A DNA stretch of 64,000 nt. It comes from Stylophora pistillata (Eukaryota). Location: positions 510,980-574,979 of the forward strand of contig NW_019217821.1 in NCBI RefSeq assembly GCF_002571385.2. Direction: 5' to 3'. A program made the position numbers and the translations under genes. The first letter of the stretch is position 1, and each line of letters begins with the position of its first letter. Below are positions 51,701 to 64,000 of this stretch, one piece after another. Below the pieces are notes generated by a model, which worked only from the letters and a program-made list of their open reading frames with translations, did not search any database and was not told the DNA's origin.

Positions 51701-54700
51701 AGACCAGAGGTTTCAACAAATTTTTTGATAAGCAGCTACCAACAGTGTCAGTAAGAAATGGCTGTACCCAGAAATGAGGCCATAATAAACCCAAGCATGA
51801 AGCCTTTACGCAGGTCAAACAGACAAGGGTAAGAGGTCTTATGGATGTCTTTGGATCTGCTATCTGTAATGATGTTCTAACACCATCTTGTAAAAGAAAC
51901 TCAGGGTTTAGAACTTTCCACTCAAGTGCATGTAGGGTATGAATAAAGTAGTCTGGGTAACTCATTTAGAAACATAACTTCCCACTCAAATTTTAAGATA
52001 ACGTTACTGAAAAATTTTATTAAAGAAAATACCTCGATAGATCATTTTAAGATCAGTAGGACGTTTTAAGTACAATTTTAGTATTATGAATTTTTTATTA
52101 GGTATTTTTACCTTTAATAGGATTTGTTGGGGGCCATTATGTAAACTAGCTACCGGGTTAACGGTAATAATGTATTTTACCCTCGGTAAATAAAGTGTTT
52201 GTTGTGTTTGTTGTTTGAGTAGTAAATCTCATGCTTTTTACTTAGAACAGCAGCTGTGTAAAGAAAATTGCTAATGAGCATTTTTATTTAGTTCTGAGAT
52301 TTCATTTGTTCTAATCACAATAGGCATTTGATCGTGAGGTAGAAGCTCATAGAGCTGTTTCTCACCCAAGTGTCCTTGACTTGCATGATGTGGATGTGGT
52401 ATCTAAAGGAACATATAAAGAGGCACGCATGCTTGTGACATACTACAAGGTATCTTAATTCCTCCTGCTGCATTTCCTTAGATCTCAGTTTACCCAAATT
52501 TGAGTGCATTTGGGTTGATTTCCATTAAATGTAACTTTAGCCCCTTGACCCCTTAAAGTGACTAGTATCTTATTTCTCCTGACAGTATCACCCTTTAATC
52601 AAACAACTTCATGAAAATAAAGAAATATCTTTTACGAAAGACATTCTTCATAATTGATTCACACTTTAAGGTCACACACGCATGAAGAATTCAAAGTAAT
52701 CACCGACCAAAGGTGCTGTTCACTTCTGATTCAAACATTGAGGTCAGGAAAATAAAGAAAATGATCACCAACAAAAGATGCTCTAAATATGAAAACAGAT
52801 TCTCTTCATCATACCATAGGAAATGTTTGGAGAACAGTATAGAGAATATGCATACTGATGTTAAGGTGTAAAAAGGTACGGTCAAACCAAAAGGACTTTT
52901 TTACTATACTCAGATCATTCAATTTCTCCTAGAATGGAACAGTGCAAGACTTAATTGAGCGCACACAACTTGAAGGAGGTCACATCCCTGAGTTAAATAT
53001 TCTTCACATGTTCAAGTCACTATGTGAAGCTATACTTCCCTTTCATAGCTTAGACCCACCTCTGGCACACAGAGATATCAAGGTAGGTTGAGTCTGTGTT
53101 AAGGACCAGAGCTTACATACCAGACTGAGTCGCATACAGCTGCTGTTTATCCCAGTTTTTGTGACATGAAAGACTTAGAATTATTCTCATGTCTCCAGGA
53201 TGAGATGCTAAGAGGTTATCCCCAGCATTTTAGCCATGTTTCCTTGACAGTTGACTGGTGTTTCTATGTTTGACTTAATACTCCTCTGTTGTGACGGAAA
53301 AAGCAGAAGTTAATTGTCTTGTTCAGGAACACAACACAGTGATTGTTACTCGGACTGGAATGCAGGCCTTTTCATTCAGTGGAGTCCAGTTCACAGATCC
53401 ATCATATCCCCCCTATACCATGGTCCAAAATGTTGTTGTGGACTCGCCACAATCGTATGATATTTTTCAATAGAAACCACGCAGATGCATCATTTGTAGG
53501 CAATAAATAATGTTTGGGAAAGGTTTTCCACTCAGCTGATACCCCTTTTTTCAGCCTCATAATTTGTTAATTGGTCCTGACACGACAGTGGTGTTGATGG
53601 ATCTCGGAAGTGTGTCCAAAGCCAGATGCACCATTGCTTCACGGTAAGGGATAGGTATTGAATTTTAATAACAGTAAATAGTTGCAATCCAGGAGTAACA
53701 TGATGGTGTACTCTAATTGTCCAAGTAAGGGTAGTATCAGAAAAGACCATTCTTAGAGGCAGTAAGGGATGTTTTGACAACAGGAGTGGAGACCATTATC
53801 AGAGTCAAATGACTTATTTTGTTTTTAACACAATAGTGTCTACTGAGGTGGTTGAAAGGTCAGCTAATATCAGCTACAAAAGTCCTTTTCATGAACAGCC
53901 TCTCTCTGACAGCTTCACTAAACCATTGAGATGGATTTCACTTACTGATTTAAATACTTTGTGTTTTGGGGTGTGAGAGGCTTGGAGGGAAGGTTTTTAG
54001 ATTATTTTTGTGTTTGAATGAGGTTATTGTTTTGTTTTTGTGTTGTTTCCTTTTGACAAAGGATTTATTGTATTTGATAATGACACTGGCTCACCTGCAA
54101 TGTAGAAAGTCTCTTTATGAGCCAAGTGGCCCATTAGACCAGCGCTTAAATCCAGTTTCTGTAGCATGAAGCAACCAGGAGTGTTTTTTATTGTCCCCCC
54201 TGGATGGGATGCTAGTCCATTAATTGCAGGGTTACCCCCCCATCCACCATTAAATTCACTGCTTCCCATTTTAACACCTGGGTGACGAGAAGCACTGTGA
54301 GAGTAAAGTGTCTTGCCCAAGAACACAACACAATGTCTTCCACCAGGGCTTGAACCCGGACCACTTGCTCCAGAGTCAAGTGCACTATAATCATACCATG
54401 AGGCCACCATGCTACCTTGCACACAGCAATTTGGTACGAATGATAAACAAGAAACATCAGTCATGTTTCGCTACAGAATTCGCTACAGAAACAGCTGGTG
54501 TAGAAACTTCCTGGCTTATGAGGTGGATGTTATAAACTTAGCTGTCATTACCTCTTGGTTATTTATTTATCTATTTTTATGCAAAGGATTAAAAATAATT
54601 CAATATGCACATGTTTTATTGTACAGAAGGGAAGCCTTGGCCCTTCAAGAGAGGTGTGCACAGGAATGTACTGCAACATACAGGTGGGAATCAAGTGTTT

Positions 54701-56575
54701 AGTGTTATATAGCTTGATGAAACTGTGAGCTTACACCATATATAAGAGGATTTCAACCATTTTAAATTAAAATGCTGGAGAGGCCCTTAAAATTTAGTGT
54801 GTCATATTGCACCAATACATCAACTCTGATGTCTGATTTCCTGTAGATGGGGATTGTCGACCAATGAATGGAGTAGGGAGNNNNNNNNNNNNNNNNNNNN
54901 NNNNNNNNNNNNNNNNNNNNNNNNNNNNNNNNNNNNNNNNNNNNNNNNNNNNNNNNNNNNNNNNNNNNNNNNNNNNNNNNNNNNNNNNNNNNNNNNNNNN
55001 NNNNNNNNNNNNNNNNNNNNNNNNNNNNNNNNNNNNNNNNNNNNNNNNNNNNNNNNNNNNNNNNNNNNNNNNNNNNNNNNNNNNNNNNNNNNNNNNNNNN
55101 NNNNNNNNNNNNNNNNNNNNNNNNNNNNNNNNNNNNNNNNNNNNNNNNNNNNNNNNNNNNNNNNNNNNNNNNNNNNNNNNNNNNNNNNNNNNNNNNNNNN
55201 NNNNNNNNNNNNNNNNNNNNNNNNNNNNNNNNNNNNNNNNTTATTTATTTTTATTTATTTATTTATTTTTGCAATTTGTTTTTGTAGACATCTAGATGAG
55301 GAGCATAGGATTCTCTTCTGGCATTGAAGGACTGACCCACGTTAGTTAAAAAAAAAATTAAATGTCATATCTGTACTGACTTGCAGGGCTCCAGAACTGT
55401 TTGAAGTTCCATCAAACTGTGAAATTGATGAGAGGAGTGATGTTTGGTCAATGGGTTGTACTCTGTTTGCCATGGCTTATGGTGAGTAAATGGGTTGTAC
55501 TCTGTTTGCCATGGCTTATGGTGAGTAAACTTATTCAACAGAAGTTTGCAGCAGAAACTGAAAATATGTACTGATCCGGGGAGAAAAAGGGGCTTATTAA
55601 TCCACTTAACGACGCAAACCGTATAAATGATTTCTGGTTTTATTCGATCTATTAAGGAAAACGTTGCATAATATTAGATAGGGCAAACTATAGGGAAAAC
55701 TACAACATCAGCGAACTACAGTGATTAACCGCATATCATCGACCACTTACTTCTGTGACGATATCCAGCAGATTATTCCTAATCACTCGTAAACACGGGG
55801 TGGCAGTTCAATTGGGCATCTGGTTGGCAAAATCATATGAAACGCCGGTCAGCGAGAGAACAATTTAGCACGTATCGGTTCCTTCTAAAAATGAACTTTG
55901 AAGACGTTGCGGGATCTTACGAAGTTACTAATCCAAAGTGTATAATGAACTTAATGAAAAGGGAAATTAATTGTCAATCAATTATGACTTGTATCTAATT
56001 ATATATTTTTCTCAACGAAACATGTACCAAGAACATATGGCGAGTTTTTTTTCTGTCTGGAGGTTGTATAATTCAGTTTTTACCTGTAGTAATAGGTGGA
56101 TTAACATTTTTAACTTTTTGGATACTCAAAGCATGGAAATTGTGGCATGTGAACAGTGATGTCACAATGAAGTTCTACAACAAAATAACAGGGTTATTTG
56201 TTTGATGGTGAATACTTCAAATCTTTTTAAGGCAGAAACATCGAAATCACAGAGAACTAGAATTTCATACATATGGCAAATGTAGAATAGGCAAAGGCTA
56301 GCTTATTCACTCATCTCCAGTTTCAAAGAATGGGCTGTGATGCCAGACTACAAGTTCATCGGAACACAGTCATGTGCTATCTCAAAGATGCTCAAAATCT
56401 CGAGCCCTGTATTCAGGGAATTGCCCATAGGAAGTCTTTAATAGCTTTTTGACATAGATGGGAATCTCCATATGTTCAGCATTTCTAACGCTTTTTGTTT
56501 TAAACCAGGTCAGAGCCCCTGCGATGGCTCAGCGCTCTCCGCAAATAGTGGTAACATTCAAATTCCAAGCAACAG
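48799..56575 (+). CDS. STK16: Serine/threonine kinase 16 (MPSK1, NAK family); terminal exon not found
   Basis: Exons 48799-48886 (MGHKCSSFC..ELGEG), 51122-51171 (AFSYVNLV..FAL), 51439-51474 (KRIRLDLPEQEE), 52324-52449, 52933-53082 (AHRDIK), 53555-53643 (PHNLL..LMDLGS), 54627-54683 (REALALQERCAQECTATYR), 55387-55481 (APELFEV..DERSDVWSMGCTLFAMAYG), 56509-56575. The N-terminal MG+Cys acylation motif, DLG in place of DFG, and the activation-segment helix are characteristic of STK16. Confidence 0.93.
49372..49656. mobile_element. Penelope-like terminal-repeat remnant in inverted configuration with degenerate hammerhead cores
   Basis: Inverted arms of about 107 bp (49372-49478 and 49491-49598) carry CTGATGAAGGGCTAAC..AAA motifs. 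A 15-bp direct repeat TTAATTAGGAAGTAA lies at 49360-49374 and 49657-49671. Confidence 0.65.
54105..54412 (-). mobile_element. tRNA-derived SINE with a CORE-like central domain (other copies at about 850-1165, 33640-34000, 53125-53400)
   Basis: On the minus strand a tRNA head (GGTTCAAGCCC) is followed by TGTGTTCTTGGGCAAGACACTTTACTCTCACAGTGC...AAAATGGG, which resembles the CORE-SINE domain. The block CCTGGATGGGATGC is shared among the copies. Confidence 0.7.
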
Positions 56576-59192
56576 GTACGTTTGTTGATAAGTTCACTCC
56601 AAAAANNNNNNNNNNNNNNNNNNNNNNNNNNNNAGGGAGCGTTGCGTGACAAGACCAATAAAACGGTTAGCCAAGGAGACTATAGATAAACTATGACCCA
56701 GCTCCCTTTCACTACGCATCAAGATTTAGCTCTTCCGCTCCCAATATCTCATTTGAAATACTTTTTACTGTCTCCCGTACAACTCTCATGATGTGGAGTT
56801 TGGTAGCTGGATATTTTTCTATATTCTCATCACTTGTCTGCTTGAGATTGTATTGAAATTGTGGGGAGAAATTCTGTCTTTGTCACATATGGGAATAAAA
56901 CGGTTTTGACCCTGTACATAAAGGTGAACTGATGTGCAAAAGCTTTATATGGATTATTTGTACATGTATGAATGATGAAATCTCTAATGAGCATATCGAT
57001 CAAGACTCCTAAATAGTGCCTAACGCAAATGAGTGTCTTCAGCGCATGAACATATGTGGTCGGTACTACTCAATTTTTACCCGCTACACTTGCTCCATCG
57101 CAAGGTCCATCCGGTTTGAAAACAAAAATATACGATACAGATAGCAATCTGAGGTAGAATTCCCAACCATTTTGCCCAGCCTTAAAAATTTGGACTTATG
57201 AAAAGTAGGTAGATGTAAACCTACTTCACCATAAAGAAAAAACACAATGAATTTCCGGAATTGACGAGAAATCAGGGTTTCAATGACTTTTTCATAAGCA
57301 GCTGGTAATGTCGTTAGAGGTGGCTGTGACCGGAAAAGGAGCTTGGGGTGAAACACAAACACCAGAGCCTGCGCGCAGGCTCAACAAACGTTGGTAAGAG
57401 GTCTTATAACTAGGAGGCGGTAGATCGCCACTAACCGACTTTTACTTAAACTGCTGACGATAAAGAGTGCAAGTTAAAACTTGACGTTTTTGACGACTCC
57501 TTTTAGTGTTGTGCTGATTTTGAGTATTTTAGATTAAACTGCGACGTCAGAAGAGTCCCAAATGGAGCTTTCTTTGTGGTTTACTGTTGTTGCTGCAACT
57601 CAGGAAACAGACCATTGCTAAGATGACCTAAGCCTCTATCTTTAGACGACGCCAAGTACACGGCCTTCGATGGAAAAACGTTAATTTTTTATCATACAAA
57701 TAAATCTCATTTTCACTTAAAATGATTTACTTTTAACCTCATTTGAGAGTAAAAAATGAAGAGGTTTGTAGCTCGAAAATGGCTAATTTAGTTTCACTAT
57801 GCTACGAAAGAGGTTTGACAAATGTCGCCGCAATGTTAAAAATCAAATTGCAAAAATTGATATTTATTTTTGTTCATGGATTTAACATCTCTTTATCAGA
57901 AGTAGCCAAATTAGCGCAAACGAGCCCTCCATGTGGTCTCCGGAATACTGCGCTCAGCTGGGGAGGTTGTAAGTAAGCGACAAAATTTGGACAGGGTGCG
58001 TTATTACATCCAAAACATTTAATCTCCCTTACCGCCCTATGAAATACTGAATTAAAATCACAATTGAAGAAATACTGAATTAAGATGTTGAATTATATAA
58101 GAAGCTAAAATATTCTATCAATACCAAAGGTGTTAGGCGTGAATTTCCTCCTAATAAGATGCAGGGGGATTTCTTTTAAATTTCTTTACAGTGGAAAAGC
58201 GAACTAAATCATAAGTATTGTCCTCGGCACAGGCCGCTAACAGCATTTTGCATTTAAAAGTAAATTTGAATTTCTTTCTATTTTGTTTGCAATGTGAACA
58301 CTATAGCTGTTTGCCATTTTTAGCGGTGTTTTAGCTTGTTTAGTAAAAGTGAATATCTTTCAGAGAAATTGTTTTTCGTCTTGTTTACCCAAGAATTTAA
58401 AGTTTGACAAAAATGACAAATTTCGTTTTTTTATTCGATTGGGAATTCGCAAAAATTCCAGCGATCCCTTTACAAGTTCCTGGCAGTTTGGTTCAAATAC
58501 TAGTGTATCAATTAAAAACCCTCCCCTTAAAAAATGCATGAGACGAAGCATTTTATCCAGCAAACAAACAGCACCGCTTACATGATCGTCAAATGCAGCG
58601 GCTTCAATTCAAAGTCAAATCATACAAAGGTCATTTGTCGATGTCTTCAGAAGCTTATCACGACGGCTACTGCAAATAGTTAAAGTAACATCCATTAAGG
58701 AGGCCAAAATAACGCAGAAAAGTTACACTGCAAAGCAATCCATCCCTCATGCAGCTGGTAGGAACAGGATGATCTTTCAAATTTAAACCACTATCCATCA
58801 TTATGGACATAAAATTATAGATGCTCGTCTCACTTAATAGAAAATTAGCAAATCAACGTATTAACGTGCGACCTATCTATACAAGAAAAGAGCCGATCAA
58901 CACGACCAAACATTTTTTAATCTCACAGCCAATAGCATAAAGTAAAACTGACCAATCAGTGTACAAAAACAAGTTTTATAAATATCGATTGACAAAGACT
59001 CTTCACCTTCTTTAATAACTGCTTCCGCAGTAGTTTTAACAGCATCTTTTACTTCTCTATCAACAACAGTCCTCCTCAGAACTAATCTCAACCAGACGAA
59101 CAGACTAAGCGATCAAAAGCAGTCAAGCAGGAACAGTTAGAGTAGCCAACAGTCTCCCTTTCTGATAACAAATTCTCTGTTGCTTTTGGAGA

Positions 59193-60143
59193 ATGCTGAA
59201 CACCACTGATGAACAGAGAAATTTCTCATCTAAAGTCAGTCATCCGGTGTCACTTGTAGCGACGTATGCGGCGTTTGCATCCTTAAACATTTTCCTCTCC
59301 TTCACCGCTTCACTGGGCAATATTCTAATCCTTATTGCTCTTCACAAAGTGACTTCGATTCATCCTCCAACAAAACTTTTGTTTCGATGTTTGGCGGTCA
59401 CTGATCTTTGTGTTGGACTGATCATTCAACCGCTGTTTACAGTGGTGCTTCTTGAAGGAACAGTAAACTCCAGCAACAAACTATTTTTTTGGGGGGTAGT
59501 TTATCTATTTCAGGAGTACTCCTCTCTAATACTTTGTGGAGTCTCGCTCTTGACATCAACCGCAATTAGTGTGGACAGACTTCTCGCGCTGTTGTTGGGT
59601 CTGAGATACAGACACGTTGTTACGTTAAGGCGGGTGCGAGCGCTAATTATCTCCTTTTGGGTTCTCACTGTTGCTTTCGCTTGGTGCATCTTCTTTCAGT
59701 TGTTTAATATTTCCCTTCTCGCATATACCGTTTTGACGTTTATTTCACTTATTGTCTCGGCCATTTCTTACGCCAAAATTTATTTCCGTCTCCGCCACCA
59801 ACTGCTTCATGTACAGGGCCTTGTTCACGAGCAACAACAACAACAACAGCCTCCCAGCGGCGTTGTATCGATTCCATTAAATGTAGCACGATACAAGAAA
59901 ACAGTTTCCGCCATAGCATGGATACAGCTTGGATTATTTGCTTGCTACCCTCCTGTTTGTGTTTTTTTGATCTCACTGTATTTGGGAGACTCTTTCGGAG
60001 GTCGTTTTTTAACCTTTTGCCTTTCTTTACTGTACTTAAACTCATCTTTGAACCCCATTCTATACTGCTGGAAAATCAGGGAAGTGAAACAAGCAGTAAA
60101 GGACACAGTTAGACAGTTAAACTGTCCTTGTGAGCCAAATTGA
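59193..60143 (+). CDS. Intronless rhodopsin-like (class A) GPCR, 316 aa, of the melanocortin/adenosine-receptor-like type expanded in cnidarians
   Basis: Seven hydrophobic segments with GN (TM1), LAVTD (TM2), SVDRLLAL (DRY variant), W (TM4), ACYPP (TM6) and NSSLNPILYCW (TM7). Q7 tract in ICL3. Confidence 0.93.
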   Translation: MLNTTDEQRNFSSKVSHPVSLVATYAAFASLNIFLSFTASLGNILILIALHKVTSIHPPTKLLFRCLAVTDLCVGLIIQPLFTVVLLEGTVNSSNKLFFWGVVYLFQEYSSLILCGVSLLTSTAISVDRLLALLLGLRYRHVVTLRRVRALIISFWVLTVAFAWCIFFQLFNISLLAYTVLTFISLIVSAISYAKIYFRLRHQLLHVQGLVHEQQQQQQPPSGVVSIPLNVARYKKTVSAIAWIQLGLFACYPPVCVFLISLYLGDSFGGRFLTFCLSLLYLNSSLNPILYCWKIREVKQAVKDTVRQLNCPCEPN

Positions 60144-60289
60144 ACATTTGTGTCGTACAAAACAATGTAAAATAAAAACAATGTAAACTCAAGCATCGCC
60201 ACTGATTCAATGTGTTGATTTAATATGGCCCTTCTCTATGGAGGCTTCTTGAAGGAACAATAAACTACAGCATCGAACCTTTTCATCGG

Positions 60290-60605
60290 GAAGTTATCTG
60301 TTTCAAGAGTACTCCTCCCTAATACTTTGTGGAATCTCGCTCCTGACATCAACCGCATTAAGTGTGGACAGAATTCTAGCGCCGGATTGCTGGGTCTGAG
60401 GTACAGAAAGGTTGCCATGGCGACATTAAGGCGGGTGCGAGCGCTAACTCCCTCCTTTTGGGGTCTAGCTGGTGCTTTAGTTGGGTGTTTTGGTGATTTT
60501 TCTTCTTTTGGATATATAGTTTTGATGTTTATTTCTCTTATCATCTCAACCATCTTTTACGCCAAGATCTATTTCCGTCTCCACCAACAACTGCTTCATG
60601 TACAT
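60290..60605 (+). pseudogene. GPCR pseudogene fragment (TM3-TM5)
   Basis: DNA similarity to 59500-59815 with frameshifts; remnant peptides LGLRYR..TLRRVRAL..FW and YAKIYFRLHQQLLHV. Confidence 0.85.
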
Positions 60606-61349
60606 GTTTCTACGAAAAAAGAAACGGCGGTCCATTATTGCTGGCCATTAAAAGCACCACCGATCTTTTTTTCTGATCAGTAAGAAACTGCACACAGCTT
60701 GAACGTGAAATCATTGGAAATATCGATGCAGATCTAACCTGTATCATATAATAACATCTCTCTGAACGAAAATGCTATGCTGAAAATTTCAAACTGATGG
60801 TGGAAACGATAATTAGTTCTTTGGACGTGTTTAATTTACTATGTTGATCGTAAATTCATACTGTCTTGACTTTACGGTATATAGAATAAAATACCTTCAC
60901 ACCAGGTAAGGGTAACTTCCAATGGTAAACAATTGGAGAACGAACAAAAATTTACGAAACTGTTAATTGTCATCGATGTTTTTACTATATATATTTGGAA
61001 GCCAAATTGCTAATGATTCACCCCTCAGCTGGTAGAAACAGGATCTTTTTAAATGACTGATGCACCATCTATTAATTTCGGTAAGAGGAAATATGACTAC
61101 TAACAAATCACATGAAAGAAAACTTGAATCATCATTTAATCAGGCCAAAACCAGAAAATTCAAAGCTGAAGGAAAATTCAAGATTATCTTTTATGTTGTT
61201 ACACTAAGATAGAAGTGAGCGTTCATAATTAATTTGCCTCTGGTTAACACCTTTTGCATTAATTAATTGGCCTTTCTATCTGCTATTTACTTTGCGGCAA
61301 TTGTTAGTATCATTTCAGCCGTTTATCCTCCATATTTTTTCTATTCCTT

Positions 61350-61715
61350 CCAGTCTTTTCTTACGCCAAGATCTATGCTCGTCTTCGCCACTAAATGCAG
61401 CTTGTTCGAGGCAATATTTTCCCAGAACATTCGGCACTTACCAGCTTTGTGCCAACTGAATTAGACATAGCACGTTACAAGAACACAGTTTCCATCGTTG
61501 GATGGGTACAGCTCGGACTATTTGTCTGCTATCTTTCCATTATACTGGAATATTTAAGAAAAATCTTTGATATTTTTCTTCCAGTTGGTACTTAAGAAAG
61601 TTTTAATGAGGTTAATTTTCTTAAACTCATCTTTACTGCTGGAAAAGAAGGAAAAGGAAACGAGTAGTTAAGGATACAGTTAGGTAGTTAAACTGTTTTT
61701 ATGTGCCGAACTGAA
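61350..61715 (+). pseudogene. GPCR pseudogene fragment (TM5 to C-terminus)
   Basis: Remnants IARYKNTVSIVGWVQLGLFVCY and degenerate CTTAAACTCATCT..TACTGCTGGAAAA..AAGGATACAGTTAG match 59760-60143, with deletions. Confidence 0.8.
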
Positions 61716-62885
61716 CCTATCTACATGTGTTGTACAATACAGTGCAAAACTCTGTAGAATGAAGAGCTGGACTTCAGTACAAGTTTTCTATTCAGTCTAC
61801 CGAGTCACCGTAATAGAGGGTCTCTGCATCAAGGTGGCGACAACGTTCTCTTAGTTTTCGTTTTAATGTTGTGTCAAAGGAGCACTCTTATGAAACTTCC
61901 CTATGATTTGAAAACCCGAAAAATTCATTTATTTCATTATAATATGAATTTTTAGCGATTAATAAAACCTTTTCAATAAGGATTTTAGTTAAAAGTCAAA
62001 TCTAGGGCGAGAAATTACGATTTGAAAACCGTCCCGCCATTAATTTTCGAAATCACGGCCAGCTTATCTTTGGTCAGCGGTCGCTCCCACTGTGACGTAG
62101 ATAACTCAAAACACTGTTGGCGTCATTTTATATTTATAGGGAAACCTCGTGAAATTTAGTGAAATATATAGTCTTAGTCTTAGTGTTATAAAAGCAATAT
62201 ATACGATCAAAATACTGTTTTGAATATGGAAGACCACTCTCTTGCGTGTCAAACGAGTCATCTACGTTACGCTCGAAACTCGCCCCAGTCTTCTTGAATC
62301 TGGCAATTGATTACGTAAACTAATGGCGGGTCAAAAGAAAATCGCGAATTTGACGATCTTCCCGTGTGACAATTCGGAAAAAAATTCAGAGACGATTAAC
62401 TAGTGAACATTTCACATTTTTATGTAAAAACATTAGTCTGAATTTCAGCCGTCTCTTTCCTTTACCCCATGCAAGGGGGGCGCGGGAGAGAGACGTCTGA
62501 ATTCCGAGCGTTATAATTTCGTCCGGTGACGTCACTTACTAATTTAGGCATTTTGAATAAATTAAATGCTATTCTAATAATAGAGAGCTTTGGATTCGAG
62601 TACGAGTACGAGTTTACTAGCGTGCTCACATAGCGCATGCGTAGCTCTCCGTGACACTGTCACGGAAGCGGAAACTCGTCGTCCGCCGCTCGTCGACAAA
62701 GAGATTTTGACCAGAAGTCGTCCTCCAGAGAACGAGTTTCGAAAGGTGAGTATTTTGTATTTTAAACTTACCCTAGTCTTTTTCTAAGTCAGCAAAAGCA
62801 AACTTAACGCCGTATGCAGAGGTTTTATCGAATTGAATGTTATTACAAACCCTGATTTCATTCGNNNNNNNNNNNNNNNNNNNNN

Positions 62886-64000
62886 AGGCGGGTGCGAGCG
62901 CTAACTCCCTCCTTTTGGGGTCTAGCTGGTACTTAAGTTGGGTGTTTTGGTGATTTTTCTTCTTTTGGATATATAGTTTTGATGTTTATTTCTCTTATCA
63001 TCTCAACCATCTTTTACGCCAAGATCTATTTCCGTCTCCACCAACAACTGCCTCATGTACATGTTTCTACGAAAAAAGAAACGCCCGCCCATTATTGGTG
63101 GCCATTAAAAGCACCACCGATCTTTTTTTCTGATCAGTAAGAAACTGCACACAGCTTGAACGTGAAATCATCGGAAATATCGGTGCAGATCTAACCTGTA
63201 TCATATAATAACATCTCTCTTAAAGAAAGGCTATGCTGAAAATTTCAAACTGATGGTGGAAACGATAGTTAGTTCTTTGGACGTGTTTAATTTACTTTGT
63301 TGATCTTAAATTAATACTGTCTTGACTTTACGGTATATAAAATAAAATACCTTCACACCAGGTGAGGGTAACTTCCAATTGTAAACAATTAGAGAACGAA
63401 CAATTTACGAAATTTACGAGATGTAAGAAACTGTCAATTGTCATCGATGTTTTTACTATATTTGGAAGCCAAATTGCTAATGATCCACCCCTCAGCTGGT
63501 AGAAACAGGATCTTTTAAAATGACTGATGCACCATCTATTAATCTCGGTAAGAGGAAATATGACTACTAACAAATCACATGAAAGAAAACTTGAATCATC
63601 ATTTAATCAGGCCAAAACCAAAAATTCAAAGCTGTAGGAAAATTCAAGATTATCTTTTATGTTGTTACACTAAGATAGAAGTGAGCGTTCATAATTAATT
63701 TGCCTCTGGTTAACACCTTTTGCATTAATTAATTGGCCTTTCTATCTGCTACTTACTTTGCGGCAATTGTTAGCCGTATCATTTCAGCCGTTTATCCTCC
63801 ATAGTTTTTTTATTCCTTTCAGTCTTTTCTTTCGCCAAGATCTATGTTCGTCTCCGCCACTAAAGGCAGCTTGTTCGAGGCAATATTTTCCCAGAACATT
63901 CTGCACTTAGCAGCTTTGTGCCGACTGAATTAAACATAGCACGTTACAAGAACACAGTTTTCATCGTTGGATGGGTGCAGCTCGGACTATTTGTCTGCTA
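62886..64000 (+). repeat. Near-identical duplicate of 60429-61531 (GPCR pseudogene block)
   Basis: Collinear high-identity match that starts right after the N gap at 62865-62885. Confidence 0.92.

Noticed and set aside
57533-57626. Candidate last STK16 exon (RLNCDV...GNRPLLR*)
   Set aside because: The phase fits, but apart from a chance RP it has no resemblance to kinase subdomain XI.

Overview
This is eukaryotic, intron-rich, AT-rich DNA from a gapped draft assembly. It is probably a stony coral or other anthozoan, inferred from the repeat types and the intronless GPCR style. Manual splicing gives four multi-exon genes: (1) a voltage-gated Ca2+ channel alpha2/delta subunit on the minus strand, ATG 25287, running off the left edge, with 26 exons traced and an in-frame TAA at 514-516; (2) a complete 28-exon SEC24A/B gene on the minus strand, 27779-42851, about 1210 aa, with one GC-AG intron; (3) a 5-exon, 173-aa gene largely missed by the ORF track (minus strand, 45386-47392) that looks like a ciliary Mn-motif (SAXO-type) microtubule inner protein and has an RFX X-box; (4) STK16 on the plus strand from 48799, with the last exon not visible. 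An intact single-exon class A GPCR (59193-60143) follows, with decayed and duplicated paralog fragments. A further small plus-strand gene may be partly hidden in the 43.5-44.1 kb gap. Introns hold many transposons, including a 2.7-kb non-autonomous CACTA element nested in a MITE, tRNA-containing tandem/inverted elements, a Penelope-type inverted repeat with degenerate hammerhead motifs, SINEs and MITEs. There are no prokaryotic systems or CRISPR arrays. All exon coordinates were derived by hand.
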